Source of the DNA: Shigella phage PSD9 | Strand: one strand, 5' to 3' | Length of the DNA: 64,000 nucleotides | Sequence record: MZ561532 | Part shown: one piece after another, positions 49,696-58,617 of the stretch | How the letters are laid out: each line of letters opens with the position of its first letter | Numbering within the stretch: the first letter of the stretch is position 1 | Notes under the pieces: generated by a model | What the model saw: the letters and a program-made list of their open reading frames with translations, nothing else | What the model was told of the DNA's origin: nothing | Databases searched by the model: none | Program-made: the position numbers and the translations under genes

Positions 49696-50039
49696 TATTT
49701 TTGTAGCTGTTCTAAAATAAATCCGCTGGTGTAAAGGCTTGCATTATACAGGCGGTCAAGAGACAACGAATCCAATCCATAAGCTTCGCGAATTGCATTG
49801 ATAACACTTTCATAACTTGTATAATAAACGTCACGATAATCGCGGTCCATAGTCATGCGGAACTTAATAAATTTGTAGAAACCAGTTTCAGGGTCCTGAT
49901 AGAATGCAAATTCTGCAGACGCTAAATTTTTAAGGTTAACAGCTTTTGAGTCACCCGAATAACTTAAATCAAATGTTTCTGACATGCTAATCTGTTTAAA
50001 GAACATAATGTTGCGATTACCAAAAAATAATTTAGACAT
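49695..50039 (-). CDS. hypothetical protein
   Basis: Start set at internal ATG (MSKLFFG...) with AAGGAA SD. Confidence 0.4.
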   Translation of the reverse strand: MSKLFFGNRNIMFFKQISMSETFDLSYSGDSKAVNLKNLASAEFAFYQDPETGFYKFIKFRMTMDRDYRDVYYTSYESVINAIREAYGLDSLSLDRLYNASLYTSGFILEQLQK

Positions 50040-50049
50040 AATATTTTCC

Positions 50050-50262
50050 TTATTCAGCGTCAACAGAAATAGCCATCAGTTCATCAACAGTAAGGCATTG
50101 CACACTAGGGCCTACACAAAAACGCTTAGTTGAATCATAAAGGTCTGTAGCATTAACAGGTTGTAATTCAGTCCCAACTTGCAAAGGAGAAATACGAATT
50201 AATTGTTGACCGTTATGTAATACAAAGCTCTCACCAACTGCAACATCTTTAAAAAGTTTCAT
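50050..50262 (-). CDS. hypothetical protein
   Basis: Start set at internal ATG (MKLFKDV...) with GAGGAA SD. Confidence 0.4.
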   Translation of the reverse strand: MKLFKDVAVGESFVLHNGQQLIRISPLQVGTELQPVNATDLYDSTKRFCVGPSVQCLTVDELMAISVDAE

Positions 50263-50272
50263 AATATTTTCC

Positions 50273-50383
50273 TCAGAAGTTAAAGAATACACGTACATGG
50301 TCAATCATAAAAACGATTGGGAAAATGCTCAATACCAAAAATAACACAAACATGTTCCAAATTGCTTTAAGTAAGTTTTTCAT
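50273..50383 (-). CDS. possible small membrane peptide, 36 aa (not in ORF track)
   Basis: GGAG SD then ATG; hand translation MKNLLKAIWNMFVLFLVLSIFPIVFMIDHVRVFFNF. Confidence 0.25.
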   Translation of the reverse strand: MKNLLKAIWNMFVLFLVLSIFPIVFMIDHVRVFFNF

Positions 50384-50409
50384 AATCATCTCCATTAGTT
50401 GATAGGTCT

Positions 50410-50438
50410 ATAATATCATGATTAATGGAGATGTATAC
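50410..50438 (-). promoter_or_regulatory. early promoter variant (GTATAC-N17-TATTAT)
   Basis: Conserved -10/leader cassette with -35 GTATAC. Confidence 0.35.
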
Positions 50439-50528
50439 TGATTTATGCCAATTTCCACAACAATAAACTAAAACATACGCAAATCACTGGGATACAGGCC
50501 ATCCAAATAAGGCACCACATTTTGCTAC

Positions 50529-50795
50529 TCAAAACACCACCTCTTTTATCTCAATTAATCCCCTGTGCAATGCAGTACGAAGGTCATAAAGAATATCTAT
50601 GCCGTCAACATTATCCAGTTTTCCATCAATAAGCTTTTCTAAATCTTCCTTGGATGCGATTAAGGGGCGGAGAAATTTACATTCAGAAAGAGATAACTCT
50701 GTAGTAACATCATCACCTTCACCTGATGCATCATACATAGCGGCAACAACCATACCTGTAACTTTGTGTTTAGCGTAATATAATTTGATATCCAT
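50529..50795 (-). CDS. hypothetical protein
   Basis: Start set at internal ATG (MDIKLYY...) with GAGGAG SD; track start is GTG inside the promoter. Confidence 0.4.
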   Translation of the reverse strand: MDIKLYYAKHKVTGMVVAAMYDASGEGDDVTTELSLSECKFLRPLIASKEDLEKLIDGKLDNVDGIDILYDLRTALHRGLIEIKEVVF

Positions 50796-50823
50796 TTTGT
50801 TCTCCTCATTAGTTGATAGGAAG

Positions 50824-50853
50824 ATAGTAACACCATCCATGGCGTATGTAAAC
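50824..50853 (-). promoter_or_regulatory. T4-type early promoter (GTTTAC-N18-TACTAT)
   Basis: Conserved hexamers upstream of the 50529-50795 ORF. Confidence 0.4.
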
Positions 50854-50868
50854 ACCTATTTTAAAAAA

Positions 50869-51426
50869 TTATAAGGCGAGATACCAGCCGTTGTAATTGC
50901 TCTTACGGACTAGCTTTGTGATGGCTTCTCTGTCACCAGAGAACTTAGGAGTGAACAGGACATCGCCTGCCTCATTTACCGAAGTGTCGAATATAATTAT
51001 ACAATCTGCAACTTTATGATTCAAGAGCGGGCCCAGGTTAATCCCTGTTCCATAAGGGAAGTCACCGGAGTATCCTGTAGTGCAGGAAATCCACTTAGAA
51101 TCCGACTGATGGGTCTTGACCTCTACGCGTAGTCCACAGTACATAGGATGAGCTAAAACATCCCATGCATAGGTATAAGGGTCGTCATGGTCTTCCAGAC
51201 CACTGTTAACATATCCTTTCAACCAATCAGCAACCATGTACTCGGCATACGTTGCAATGACACACCGAGTCAATACTTCTTTCTTATCTTGGGACGGGTC
51301 TTGGCTTAAGGAATACAATACGGTATCCTTAATCTTGACCTTCATTTCGCCTGTTAAATCAGATGTCTTCAGGGTAAATGTCGGCATCGCTGCCAATCGG
51401 AGTAGTCCCGGGTTCGTCTTCACCAT
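50869..51426 (-). CDS. hypothetical protein; positional candidate for endonuclease IV (denB)
   Basis: 185 aa from ATG with GAGG SD (T4 DenB 185 aa); adjacent to rIIB side as in T4; sequence not recognised; overlaps next ORF by 68 nt. Confidence 0.3.
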   Translation of the reverse strand: MVKTNPGLLRLAAMPTFTLKTSDLTGEMKVKIKDTVLYSLSQDPSQDKKEVLTRCVIATYAEYMVADWLKGYVNSGLEDHDDPYTYAWDVLAHPMYCGLRVEVKTHQSDSKWISCTTGYSGDFPYGTGINLGPLLNHKVADCIIIFDTSVNEAGDVLFTPKFSGDREAITKLVRKSNYNGWYLAL

Positions 51427-51658
51427 AAATGCCTCGAATATGAAGTTCACCGTAATAAATTCGGTCGTCGGGTTCTAAAGTATCAGAATCTGCTAAAGGA
51501 AATTCGCCTTCGACCACCTCATCGCATTCTAGAAAAGCGTAATGAACATCACCCGGGTGTTTAACGAGCTTAGCACAATAAACAGTACCTGCTTTATGGA
51601 ATCCACGCAAATTAGAAATCTTGATACCACGTTCACCGACATTCAGGTAATTAATCAT
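51359..51658 (-). CDS. hypothetical acidic protein
   Basis: Start set at ATG (MINYLNV...) 1 nt after upstream stop; track start is GTG. Confidence 0.35.
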   Translation of the reverse strand: MINYLNVGERGIKISNLRGFHKAGTVYCAKLVKHPGDVHYAFLECDEVVEGEFPLADSDTLEPDDRIYYGELHIRGIYGEDEPGTTPIGSDADIYPEDI

Positions 51659-51659
51659 T

Positions 51660-51857
51660 TTACTCACCGAAATAAGAAATACGAACCTCTAAACAATGAG
51701 CATAAGCGCCCATCGCATCCAGTTGTGCAATCAGTAACCCTTGTTGACGGATATCAAGAGTTTCAAAAACACCACCTTCAATAAAGGTTTCTAGTGCGTT
51801 AATTTTAAGAACCAACTGGTCGTATTCTTCAACTACACGTGCTTGGTAACCTAACAT
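51660..51857 (-). CDS. hypothetical protein
   Basis: 65-aa ORF with GAGGAA SD just after hairpin 51870-51885. Confidence 0.4.
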   Translation of the reverse strand: MLGYQARVVEEYDQLVLKINALETFIEGGVFETLDIRQQGLLIAQLDAMGAYAHCLEVRISYFGE

Positions 51858-51869
51858 AATTCCTCATTA

Positions 51870-51885
51870 GGAGGCCGAAGCCTCC
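51870..51885 (-). other. intercistronic RNA hairpin GGAGGC-UUCG-GCCUCC (second copy)
   Basis: Identical 16-nt sequence to 14436-14451; between rIIB stop and the SD of the next gene. Confidence 0.5.
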
Positions 51886-51894
51886 ATTATTGAT

Positions 51895-52863
51895 TTAGTA
51901 TTTGTATTCGTTTGCGAACTGTTCGGTGACGTCTTCTAGAACTTCATAATAACATACACGCATTTTAGCATCACCGTAATCGACCGGAATACTAACAACA
52001 TCACGTGGGTTAACTTTACATGAAACCACTTTACAGCTTGAGTTACCAAAATGACCGATATAACTACGAGAGCAAACGTGCAGACCACTTGAACAGGTTA
52101 CTTCATCATCGTCATTTACACGAGAACGAGGCATTTTAACCGGTTTGCCTGGTGAGTTATCAAACGTACCGGTACGGCAGTCGGTGTAATCGGAGTTAAC
52201 CACCTTCCACGTAATAAAGTGACCATCTTCAGTAATTTTGATGTCGTTTGCCACCAAGAAGTCGAACAAACGTTGTACAGCTTTTTCGCTTGGGTTTTCT
52301 AACAGGTTCTCAAGGAACGGCAGGTAGAATTCAAAGTCTTCACCATTTTCCATTGAAGTAATAATACGGTCAATCAATCCTGAACGCAATTCAATGCCTT
52401 GGTAAACCAGACGTCCACCTTCAATACGAACGTTACCTTTGACGAAGGCCTTAACGGCTTCTTTAATGGAAATCAGTTTAATCGCGTCATCGAAACGAGA
52501 TTCTTTAAGAGCCTGTACGATGGCATCAAAATGTTTGTTCTTATTAGTGGTGTTCCATACTGTACGACCTTCAGTGATGGATACGAATTTAGAACTCGCG
52601 TTCCAGATAATTTCAGGGCGAGAGCCGCCAATAGTAACTTCAACGGGAACTTCACGAGGCTCGTTAGGAACTGTTACTTTGATATTTCCGGTAATAACTA
52701 CCTGGGCCCGTCCAGCTCCTTTAGCATTTTTCAGGACTTTACGGATTGTATCAACTGATACACTGTACCAGTCAGCCAACTCATTCTGAGTATAATTACC
52801 AGAAATATATAACTTAACGATTTCAACTTGCTCAGCGGAGGTCAAACACTTAATATTGTACAT
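51895..52863 (-). CDS. rIIB: rapid-lysis protein rIIB
   Basis: 322 aa (T4 rIIB 312 aa) immediately downstream of the rIIA-like gene. Confidence 0.7.
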   Translation of the reverse strand: MYNIKCLTSAEQVEIVKLYISGNYTQNELADWYSVSVDTIRKVLKNAKGAGRAQVVITGNIKVTVPNEPREVPVEVTIGGSRPEIIWNASSKFVSITEGRTVWNTTNKNKHFDAIVQALKESRFDDAIKLISIKEAVKAFVKGNVRIEGGRLVYQGIELRSGLIDRIITSMENGEDFEFYLPFLENLLENPSEKAVQRLFDFLVANDIKITEDGHFITWKVVNSDYTDCRTGTFDNSPGKPVKMPRSRVNDDDEVTCSSGLHVCSRSYIGHFGNSSCKVVSCKVNPRDVVSIPVDYGDAKMRVCYYEVLEDVTEQFANEYKY

Positions 52864-52877
52864 AATATTTCCTTAGA

Positions 52878-55088
52878 TTAAGCCGCTTCCACGGCTTTCA
52901 TGAATTTAACAATTTGAGCTACAGAAGCCTCGGTAATGGATGTTCCACGACGATACATGTAGTCCGAAACTAAATGGTAATCAGATTCAAACTGTACAGT
53001 CATTTTATCATTGTTGCTTGAAGCATTATCAGTCAACTTAAAAAAAGTATTGTTACAAATTTTCTTGATAACGGAAAGCTTATCATCAGTGATATAACCA
53101 TGGAAATTCATATAACGGAATATATCATAGAAATTACTCAGACGAGTATATGCTTCAGTTACCGGCTTATCACTGAAATACTTGGTCATGAAATTAAGCT
53201 GAGGGAACTTAGCAATGATTTCAAGGTAATACCGAGCTCGAGTATTGCTACCAAGGTAGTCATCAACATCTACCGCGTCTAAGGCTTCAGCATAGGCTTC
53301 TAATGTAGCTTCCATCAAGCATTCGCACTGGCCTAACTTTTTAATCTTTTTGGCAATCTGAGGGCGAATGATATGGAATTCGGTAGCACCAATCAAATTA
53401 GCCATACGACACATGGTAGTGGTATTGATGTCAAAGATACCATAAGCTTCATCCATTCCCATGATATCAGAACGACTGCCAAACAGAACATAACCTGTAA
53501 TTTCTTCTGCTTCGGCAGCAGTCAAATACATGGTCTCTTGTTGCCAGCGCCCGTCTTTAATGAACCAACGATAAGCACTCGGTGTTTTAGGACGCGGTTC
53601 TGATGAACGGACAGTAACCGGAATCCATGGCTTAACAATTTTATTCAGTTCAGAGACTTTATAAAAATGAATTGTGTCACCTTTAAAAAGTTCTTTAACC
53701 TTTTCAAGTTGTTGCATTTGCAACATTGAATTTGGGTCGACAAAAATAAGGTCAGTTCCGTATTTAGGAATATTGTTCTCTTTAACAATTTTCTTAGCCG
53801 AAGCACTGTTGTCCATTGCCAGAGCCCAAAGACCTCGAACTAATGGCACACGACCTTTTTCATCATCATAAACAACATGGATTTCTTTCTTATTAATGCC
53901 TAATAAATTACTAAGTCCTGCTACCGAAGAAGTATTACCACTTGACTTAATTCGTTTCAAACGTGGGTCTGAAACGACTTCGTAAACCACACCTAAATTA
54001 ATAAGGTCGTTTTGAAGGGTATAACGCTGGTATAATTTCTCATATGTCAATTTTTCTGTAGTAAACAGGCTAGTTCCACCTTTTTTGGTAAGATAGTCAC
54101 GAGCACTGTAACCAAGGTTAGAAAGGTCACGATAAACATGGCGTGGATTATCAGATTCAACCCATTCCTGTGTATCGTTTTTAAAGACCACTGCATCCAG
54201 TGCTTCGATACGGGTTGCAATATTTTCCATCGTACGTTTATCAAGAGACAACACTTCACGAGAAGGAGCAATATCCAGTGAACCCATAGGGAACTTAATA
54301 TAAACTACATCATGGCGAGTACGCATCCACGTGCCTTTATTATAGGCGGAATCCAATGGATAAACAATACCACCATAAACTGCATAAAGTCCTGAACGTT
54401 CGAAGCTGCCATAATTTGTAGTGGTTACAGGATGGTAATCGTCAAATTCAGGGAAATAATCAACTTCAACACCGTCTACATCACCAAGACCAATGAAAGG
54501 CCGCATGATATAACGAACTTCAGTTTCAAACTTACGGAAATCTTCTTCATCAACAGGAACCGTGATTTCGATACCTGTTTTATCACCTGGCTGCATAGGT
54601 TCTACGAAAGTAGGTTTAATCTGCGGGCCATCACCATCCATATATGCTACATAACCGCGAACTTCGCCATTGTGCCATGAGGTAATATTAAACGTTTCGG
54701 TATAACTGAACGGAGATTTTGAACCAAGGCCAAAGCCGCCGATGAAATCGTTAGAAGCGGTTTTGGACGACGCGAAATAAGAGTTATACAAACCTGTTTC
54801 GTTTTCATCACCACGAATTTGGAAATCACTCATACCCGGCCCGAAGTCACGGCATACAAAGCGAGGGTCCAGTTTACCAGGAACCTGTACTTTCCAACGT
54901 TCTTTATTACCATTTAGAATATGGGCATCAATCATGTTAGTAATCAGTTCACGAACTACGGCACGTACTTTATTACTATAAAGGTCTGATGACAAAATTT
55001 TAAAGACCTTAGGCGATGCCTGAATAGTAAAGCCTGTGGACTTAGCACCATTACCAATGATTTGTTCTTTTTCGGTTTCAATAATCAT
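52878..55088 (-). CDS. rIIA: rapid-lysis protein rIIA (GHKL ATPase-like N-terminal domain)
   Basis: 736 aa (T4 rIIA 725 aa); N-terminal ATPase-like motifs ELITNMIDA, RDFGPGMS, GGFGLGSKSPF. Confidence 0.8.
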   Translation of the reverse strand: MIIETEKEQIIGNGAKSTGFTIQASPKVFKILSSDLYSNKVRAVVRELITNMIDAHILNGNKERWKVQVPGKLDPRFVCRDFGPGMSDFQIRGDENETGLYNSYFASSKTASNDFIGGFGLGSKSPFSYTETFNITSWHNGEVRGYVAYMDGDGPQIKPTFVEPMQPGDKTGIEITVPVDEEDFRKFETEVRYIMRPFIGLGDVDGVEVDYFPEFDDYHPVTTTNYGSFERSGLYAVYGGIVYPLDSAYNKGTWMRTRHDVVYIKFPMGSLDIAPSREVLSLDKRTMENIATRIEALDAVVFKNDTQEWVESDNPRHVYRDLSNLGYSARDYLTKKGGTSLFTTEKLTYEKLYQRYTLQNDLINLGVVYEVVSDPRLKRIKSSGNTSSVAGLSNLLGINKKEIHVVYDDEKGRVPLVRGLWALAMDNSASAKKIVKENNIPKYGTDLIFVDPNSMLQMQQLEKVKELFKGDTIHFYKVSELNKIVKPWIPVTVRSSEPRPKTPSAYRWFIKDGRWQQETMYLTAAEAEEITGYVLFGSRSDIMGMDEAYGIFDINTTTMCRMANLIGATEFHIIRPQIAKKIKKLGQCECLMEATLEAYAEALDAVDVDDYLGSNTRARYYLEIIAKFPQLNFMTKYFSDKPVTEAYTRLSNFYDIFRYMNFHGYITDDKLSVIKKICNNTFFKLTDNASSNNDKMTVQFESDYHLVSDYMYRRGTSITEASVAQIVKFMKAVEAA

Positions 55089-55095
55089 ATTTTTC

Positions 55096-55299
55096 TCAAT
55101 TCAGGTTACGTTTAAAAATGTCTGCCACTTCAAGGAGCTCGTCCTTAGTAGCGATGTCGTTGAGTATTTTATATCTGATTTCTTTAAAGCGTTCTTTAAA
55201 ATCCTCAGCCGCATTGATATCAAAAAATCGTTGGATTAACCGGAATTCTTTATGGACAGCTTTATCGAACAAATCAATATTCACTTTAAAGTTTGTCAT
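55096..55299 (-). CDS. hypothetical protein
   Basis: 67-aa ORF between rIIA and 39. Confidence 0.4.
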   Translation of the reverse strand: MTNFKVNIDLFDKAVHKEFRLIQRFFDINAAEDFKERFKEIRYKILNDIATKDELLEVADIFKRNLN

Positions 55300-55609
55300 T
55301 TTTAACTACCTCATGTTGAACATATTCTCTGGTAGAACCTAGTTCAGCCAGAATTCTTCTCATAGAACCCATTGTACTTTTGTGCTCTCTGTGGCGATAC
55401 ATTATCTCTAAAACCTTTTCCTGGACCACAGGAGAGAGCGCCTGGTTATCTTTAATCTTTAAGGCAATAGATTTTACAGCCTTAAGGTATTCAAGTCCCT
55501 TACCGCTTGTAGTCACTACTCCTTCATCTTTACAGTTACGAATGGCCGTTTCCATAAAGGATAAAGCTAGATTGTCAGTGTTCACTATACTGTTATCTTG
55601 CATAATCAT
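55286..55609 (-). CDS. hypothetical protein
   Basis: Start set at internal ATG (MIMQDNS...) with GAGGTGA SD. Confidence 0.4.
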   Translation of the reverse strand: MIMQDNSIVNTDNLALSFMETAIRNCKDEGVVTTSGKGLEYLKAVKSIALKIKDNQALSPVVQEKVLEIMYRHREHKSTMGSMRRILAELGSTREYVQHEVVKNDKL

Positions 55610-55664
55610 ATTCTCACCTCTAGATAATCCTATCATAACCACAGGTCTTTGTAAACCCCGAAAA

Positions 55665-55678
55665 GGGCCCGAAGGCCC
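55665..55678 (-). terminator. intrinsic terminator (GGGCC-UUCG-GGCCC + UUUU)
   Basis: Follows stop of the 53-aa ORF at 55687. Confidence 0.5.
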
Positions 55679-55686
55679 TTATTAGT

Positions 55687-55848
55687 TTAGTTACTTGAAT
55701 CGACCTTATAGACTTGTCCGCGGGTTTGGTAAACTTCGCCGTCCCATGTCTCGACTGTAATAGTCACGTATTCTGCAAACTGAGGTCTAGTATCAGTCCA
55801 GATATAACCGTATTCACCGGTGACGAGCGTAACCCAGTACTTTCTCAT
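55687..55848 (-). CDS. small protein, 53 aa (not in ORF track)
   Basis: AAGGAG SD then ATG; hand translation MRKYWVTLVTGEYGYIWTDTRPQFAEYVTITVETWDGEVYQTRGQVYKVDSSN; terminator follows. Confidence 0.35.
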   Translation of the reverse strand: MRKYWVTLVTGEYGYIWTDTRPQFAEYVTITVETWDGEVYQTRGQVYKVDSSN

Positions 55849-55892
55849 AAAGTCTCCTTTTGTATGGCACCAATTAGTACCATACGTATTTA

Positions 55893-57710
55893 TTACGACA
55901 TCCAGGCCTTACGGAGTTGTGGGTCATTACCAAGGAGCATTTCGAACTGTTCTTTCCAATCTTCAGGTAATTGAACCACATCAAATTTAGGGTCTTGAAT
56001 CATTCGACGGTATTCAGCTTTCTCAAGAGAACCTAGTCCTTTGATATACCGAATAGAATGTTTTGGTAGAGAGTCCTTAGCTTTGGTATAACTAGGAACA
56101 TCATAGAACCATTCTTGTTCTTTACCAACCTGGGCAATAATTACAGGTGTTTTACAGAAACGTACTCGGCCTTGTTCGAACAATTCAGGCCATTGGCTAA
56201 AGAAGGCTAGCAATGATGGATAAATCGAGCCAGTACCATCCACATCGGCATCAGTCATAATAGCAATATTACGATAGTTAGTTTTCTCTGCAGGTTCACC
56301 AATAACCAATCCAGTGATTGCACAGATATCAAATAGTTCTTTGTTCTTCATGATATCTGTTGCTGTCATTCCCCAGGTATTCATAACCTTACCACGTAAT
56401 GGGTAACCGCCTTGAAGGTCTTTATTACGGACTTCAATGAAAGGACCCATAGCGGAATCACCTTCGGTTAGGAACAGGGTTGTATCAGCATCTTTGCCGT
56501 ATAGGTTAGCTTTAATATGCTTATGGACCTTGGCTTTAGAAGCTTTCTTAGCGGCTTTAGTTTCGGCAGCCTTTTCAGCTGCCAATTTACGTGCTAAAGC
56601 AGCTTCAACGATAGGCATAATCAACCCATCAACTTTAAGAATGGCTTGAGCAATTTTCTTAGCATCAATTTGGATATGATTGCGAATCTCACCAAAAGGA
56701 GAGGTCAAACGTTCTTTAGTCTGTGAATCAAAACGCATGTTGCTCATATCACGAATGAACATCACCATCGTAAGGCATTCTTTAACACGAGCTTTAGTTA
56801 CTTCAATTCCACGGTATTTCTTTTTAATGCCTGGCAGAAGGTGTTCACAAATATCATCGAATACACATTCAACGTGGTGGCCACCATTCTTGGTGTGGAT
56901 ATTGTTTACATAAGTCAGTTGACGGAATCCATCCGGAGAAGGAGTAAATGCCATCGAAACATTATCGGTTTCTTGGATTACAAAGTCTTCACCAAATTGC
57001 TTAGCATACTTTTTAAAGTTGCCATCTACTTTTTTACCATTAAAAGTAAATTGAATATCAGGATAAACTACGGCCAGAGTTTGCAATCGGTCTAATGTAA
57101 TATCCAGATAAATTTGTGACAGGCTATTTTCTTCGAAATGATTAAAGTCTGGGGTGAATATAACCGAAGTACCCTTACCTTTAGATTTCTTAGTAGACCA
57201 ACCTTTGTTTTCCATTCCGTTTGAACAGTTAACAGTAATCTCATTCTCACCATCAGAGGTGATGCCTGTGAACAAAACAGAGAAGATATTAGTTAAACTA
57301 CTACCGACACCATTCATGCCGCCTGTCTTACGCTCAGCGTCATCTCCAAAGTTACCACCTGCCTTTGGAATAGTCCATGCAGCTACAGGACCTGGAATCT
57401 GTTCACCATTTTGGTCGGTGACCATTGCTTGTGGAATACCACGACCATTATCAGAAACTGAAACCTGGTTATTCTTAATTTGAACATCAATTTTATTTGC
57501 GAATTTAAAATTGGTACGAATAGCTTCATCGACAGAGTTATCAATGATTTCGTCAATTAATTTAACCAGTCCAGGAACATAGTTTACCTGTGTAAAATTG
57601 CCAAACAGGAATCGACCGTGAGCTTCATTAGCACTGGAGCCAATATACATCCCACTACGTTTTTTGATATGTTCAATGTCGGACAGTACTTTAATTTCAT
57701 TCTTAATCAT
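55893..57710 (-). CDS. 39: DNA topoisomerase II large subunit (GyrB-like ATPase plus Toprim), unsplit
   Basis: 605 aa with ATPase motifs (VDEAIRT, DNGRGIP, GGNFGDDAER) and Toprim IMTDADVDG in one frame; T4 splits this into genes 39 and 60. Confidence 0.85.
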   Translation of the reverse strand: MIKNEIKVLSDIEHIKKRSGMYIGSSANEAHGRFLFGNFTQVNYVPGLVKLIDEIIDNSVDEAIRTNFKFANKIDVQIKNNQVSVSDNGRGIPQAMVTDQNGEQIPGPVAAWTIPKAGGNFGDDAERKTGGMNGVGSSLTNIFSVLFTGITSDGENEITVNCSNGMENKGWSTKKSKGKGTSVIFTPDFNHFEENSLSQIYLDITLDRLQTLAVVYPDIQFTFNGKKVDGNFKKYAKQFGEDFVIQETDNVSMAFTPSPDGFRQLTYVNNIHTKNGGHHVECVFDDICEHLLPGIKKKYRGIEVTKARVKECLTMVMFIRDMSNMRFDSQTKERLTSPFGEIRNHIQIDAKKIAQAILKVDGLIMPIVEAALARKLAAEKAAETKAAKKASKAKVHKHIKANLYGKDADTTLFLTEGDSAMGPFIEVRNKDLQGGYPLRGKVMNTWGMTATDIMKNKELFDICAITGLVIGEPAEKTNYRNIAIMTDADVDGTGSIYPSLLAFFSQWPELFEQGRVRFCKTPVIIAQVGKEQEWFYDVPSYTKAKDSLPKHSIRYIKGLGSLEKAEYRRMIQDPKFDVVQLPEDWKEQFEMLLGNDPQLRKAWMS

Positions 57711-57734
57711 GTTATTTCCTCATGTAGTAGGAGA

Positions 57735-57759
57735 ATATTATCCCATTTCACTTAAAGCA
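57735..57759 (-). promoter_or_regulatory. MotA-dependent middle promoter candidate (TGCTTTA-N12-TAATAT) for gene 39
   Basis: MotA-box-like TGCTTTA 12 nt upstream of -10 TAATAT; same spacing as the gene 31 and 32 candidates. Confidence 0.4.
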
Positions 57760-57762
57760 TAA

Positions 57763-57778
57763 AAGGGCCGAAGCCCTT
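57763..57778 (-). terminator. intrinsic terminator (AAGGGC-UUCG-GCCCUU + U-rich)
   Basis: Overlaps stop of the lipoprotein gene; followed by UUUUAUGCUUU. Confidence 0.5.
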
Positions 57779-58037
57779 AATCAAATCGAATGGTCGACTT
57801 TTTAAAGAATAACCCAGAACAAACGGTTCCTTCAACCCTTTTACCCGTCGGACCGACAGCAATAAAGCCTGTACGTTGGAAATCATCTTCAGAGCAGCCA
57901 AATAGGTTGTATCCTGTGATTTGAATTTGTTCGTAGCCATTTGCATCCAATACACGGGTAGCATTATCGGCATCAGTACAACCAACCAACGAAACGGCTA
58001 GTACAAGAGCTGCAATAGAACGATTAATATATTTCAT
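57777..58037 (-). CDS. small predicted lipoprotein
   Basis: 86 aa; signal peptide with lipobox LVGC at residues 17-20; own terminator. Confidence 0.5.
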   Translation of the reverse strand: MKYINRSIAALVLAVSLVGCTDADNATRVLDANGYEQIQITGYNLFGCSEDDFQRTGFIAVGPTGKRVEGTVCSGLFFKKSTIRFD

Positions 58038-58043
58038 AATTTC

Positions 58044-58220
58044 TCACTTAGTCAGCAGGTCGTAAAAACCGCCATTAACATGTTTAGGAGCCGAGACTAA
58101 CCGAACAGCCAGCCGATGGCAATCAGGGCAAACATCATTATCTCTTTCAGAGATTTTCTTGATTTTTTCGTATTCTTTTGCACAGTCTTCAGATTGGCAT
58201 TTGTAATCATAAAGTGGCAT
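58044..58220 (-). CDS. zinc-ribbon protein, FmdB-like, 58 aa (not in ORF track)
   Basis: AAGGAA SD then ATG; hand translation MPLYDYKCQSEDCAKEYEKIKKISERDNDVCPDCHRLAVRLVSAPKHVNGGFYDLLTK with CxxxxC...CxxC. Confidence 0.45.
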   Translation of the reverse strand: MPLYDYKCQSEDCAKEYEKIKKISERDNDVCPDCHRLAVRLVSAPKHVNGGFYDLLTK

Positions 58221-58221
58221 A

Positions 58222-58617
58222 TTATTCCTTAAAGTGGGCTTTCAACATCTGGTAAACGGTCCAGGCTTCAGAATTATTAGAGATAGTGATTTTAGTCAAA
58301 GGGAAATCACTTGGTTCGGACGGTTCATCACTATCATCGTAGTCATAATCACGGTCTTCGTCGCACTCAACTTCAACCATTTCGGTAAAAAATTTCCTCT
58401 CACTAGCGTATATAACCATATCTTTATTATCGCCGTAAACCAGGTCGAAGTTGATTACACATCCATTTGAAATTTTAACCGGGGAAAAACCTTCACCTTC
58501 AATAATAACATCGGCTACAATATTATTGATATCTCTACGACGGAATTCAGCTTCTGCCGCATCATCTTTAAAATAATACCATTTACCTTTTTCAAATTCA
58601 AGTTCTTGATTAAGCAT
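58222..58617 (-). CDS. hypothetical acidic protein
   Basis: Start set at internal ATG (MLNQELE...) overlapping upstream stop. Confidence 0.35.
   Translation of the reverse strand: MLNQELEFEKGKWYYFKDDAAEAEFRRRDINNIVADVIIEGEGFSPVKISNGCVINFDLVYGDNKDMVIYASERKFFTEMVEVECDEDRDYDYDDSDEPSEPSDFPLTKITISNNSEAWTVYQMLKAHFKE

Noticed and set aside
55714-55974. 86-aa plus-strand ORF between rIIA.1-like and gene 39
   Set aside because: Antisense to the SD-supported 53-aa minus-strand gene and the gene 39 3' end; no plus-strand promoter; all flanking genes are minus-strand.
57752-57985. 77-aa minus-strand ORF overlapping the lipoprotein gene in another frame
   Set aside because: The lipoprotein frame has the signal peptide, lipobox and terminator; the alternative frame has no start context.
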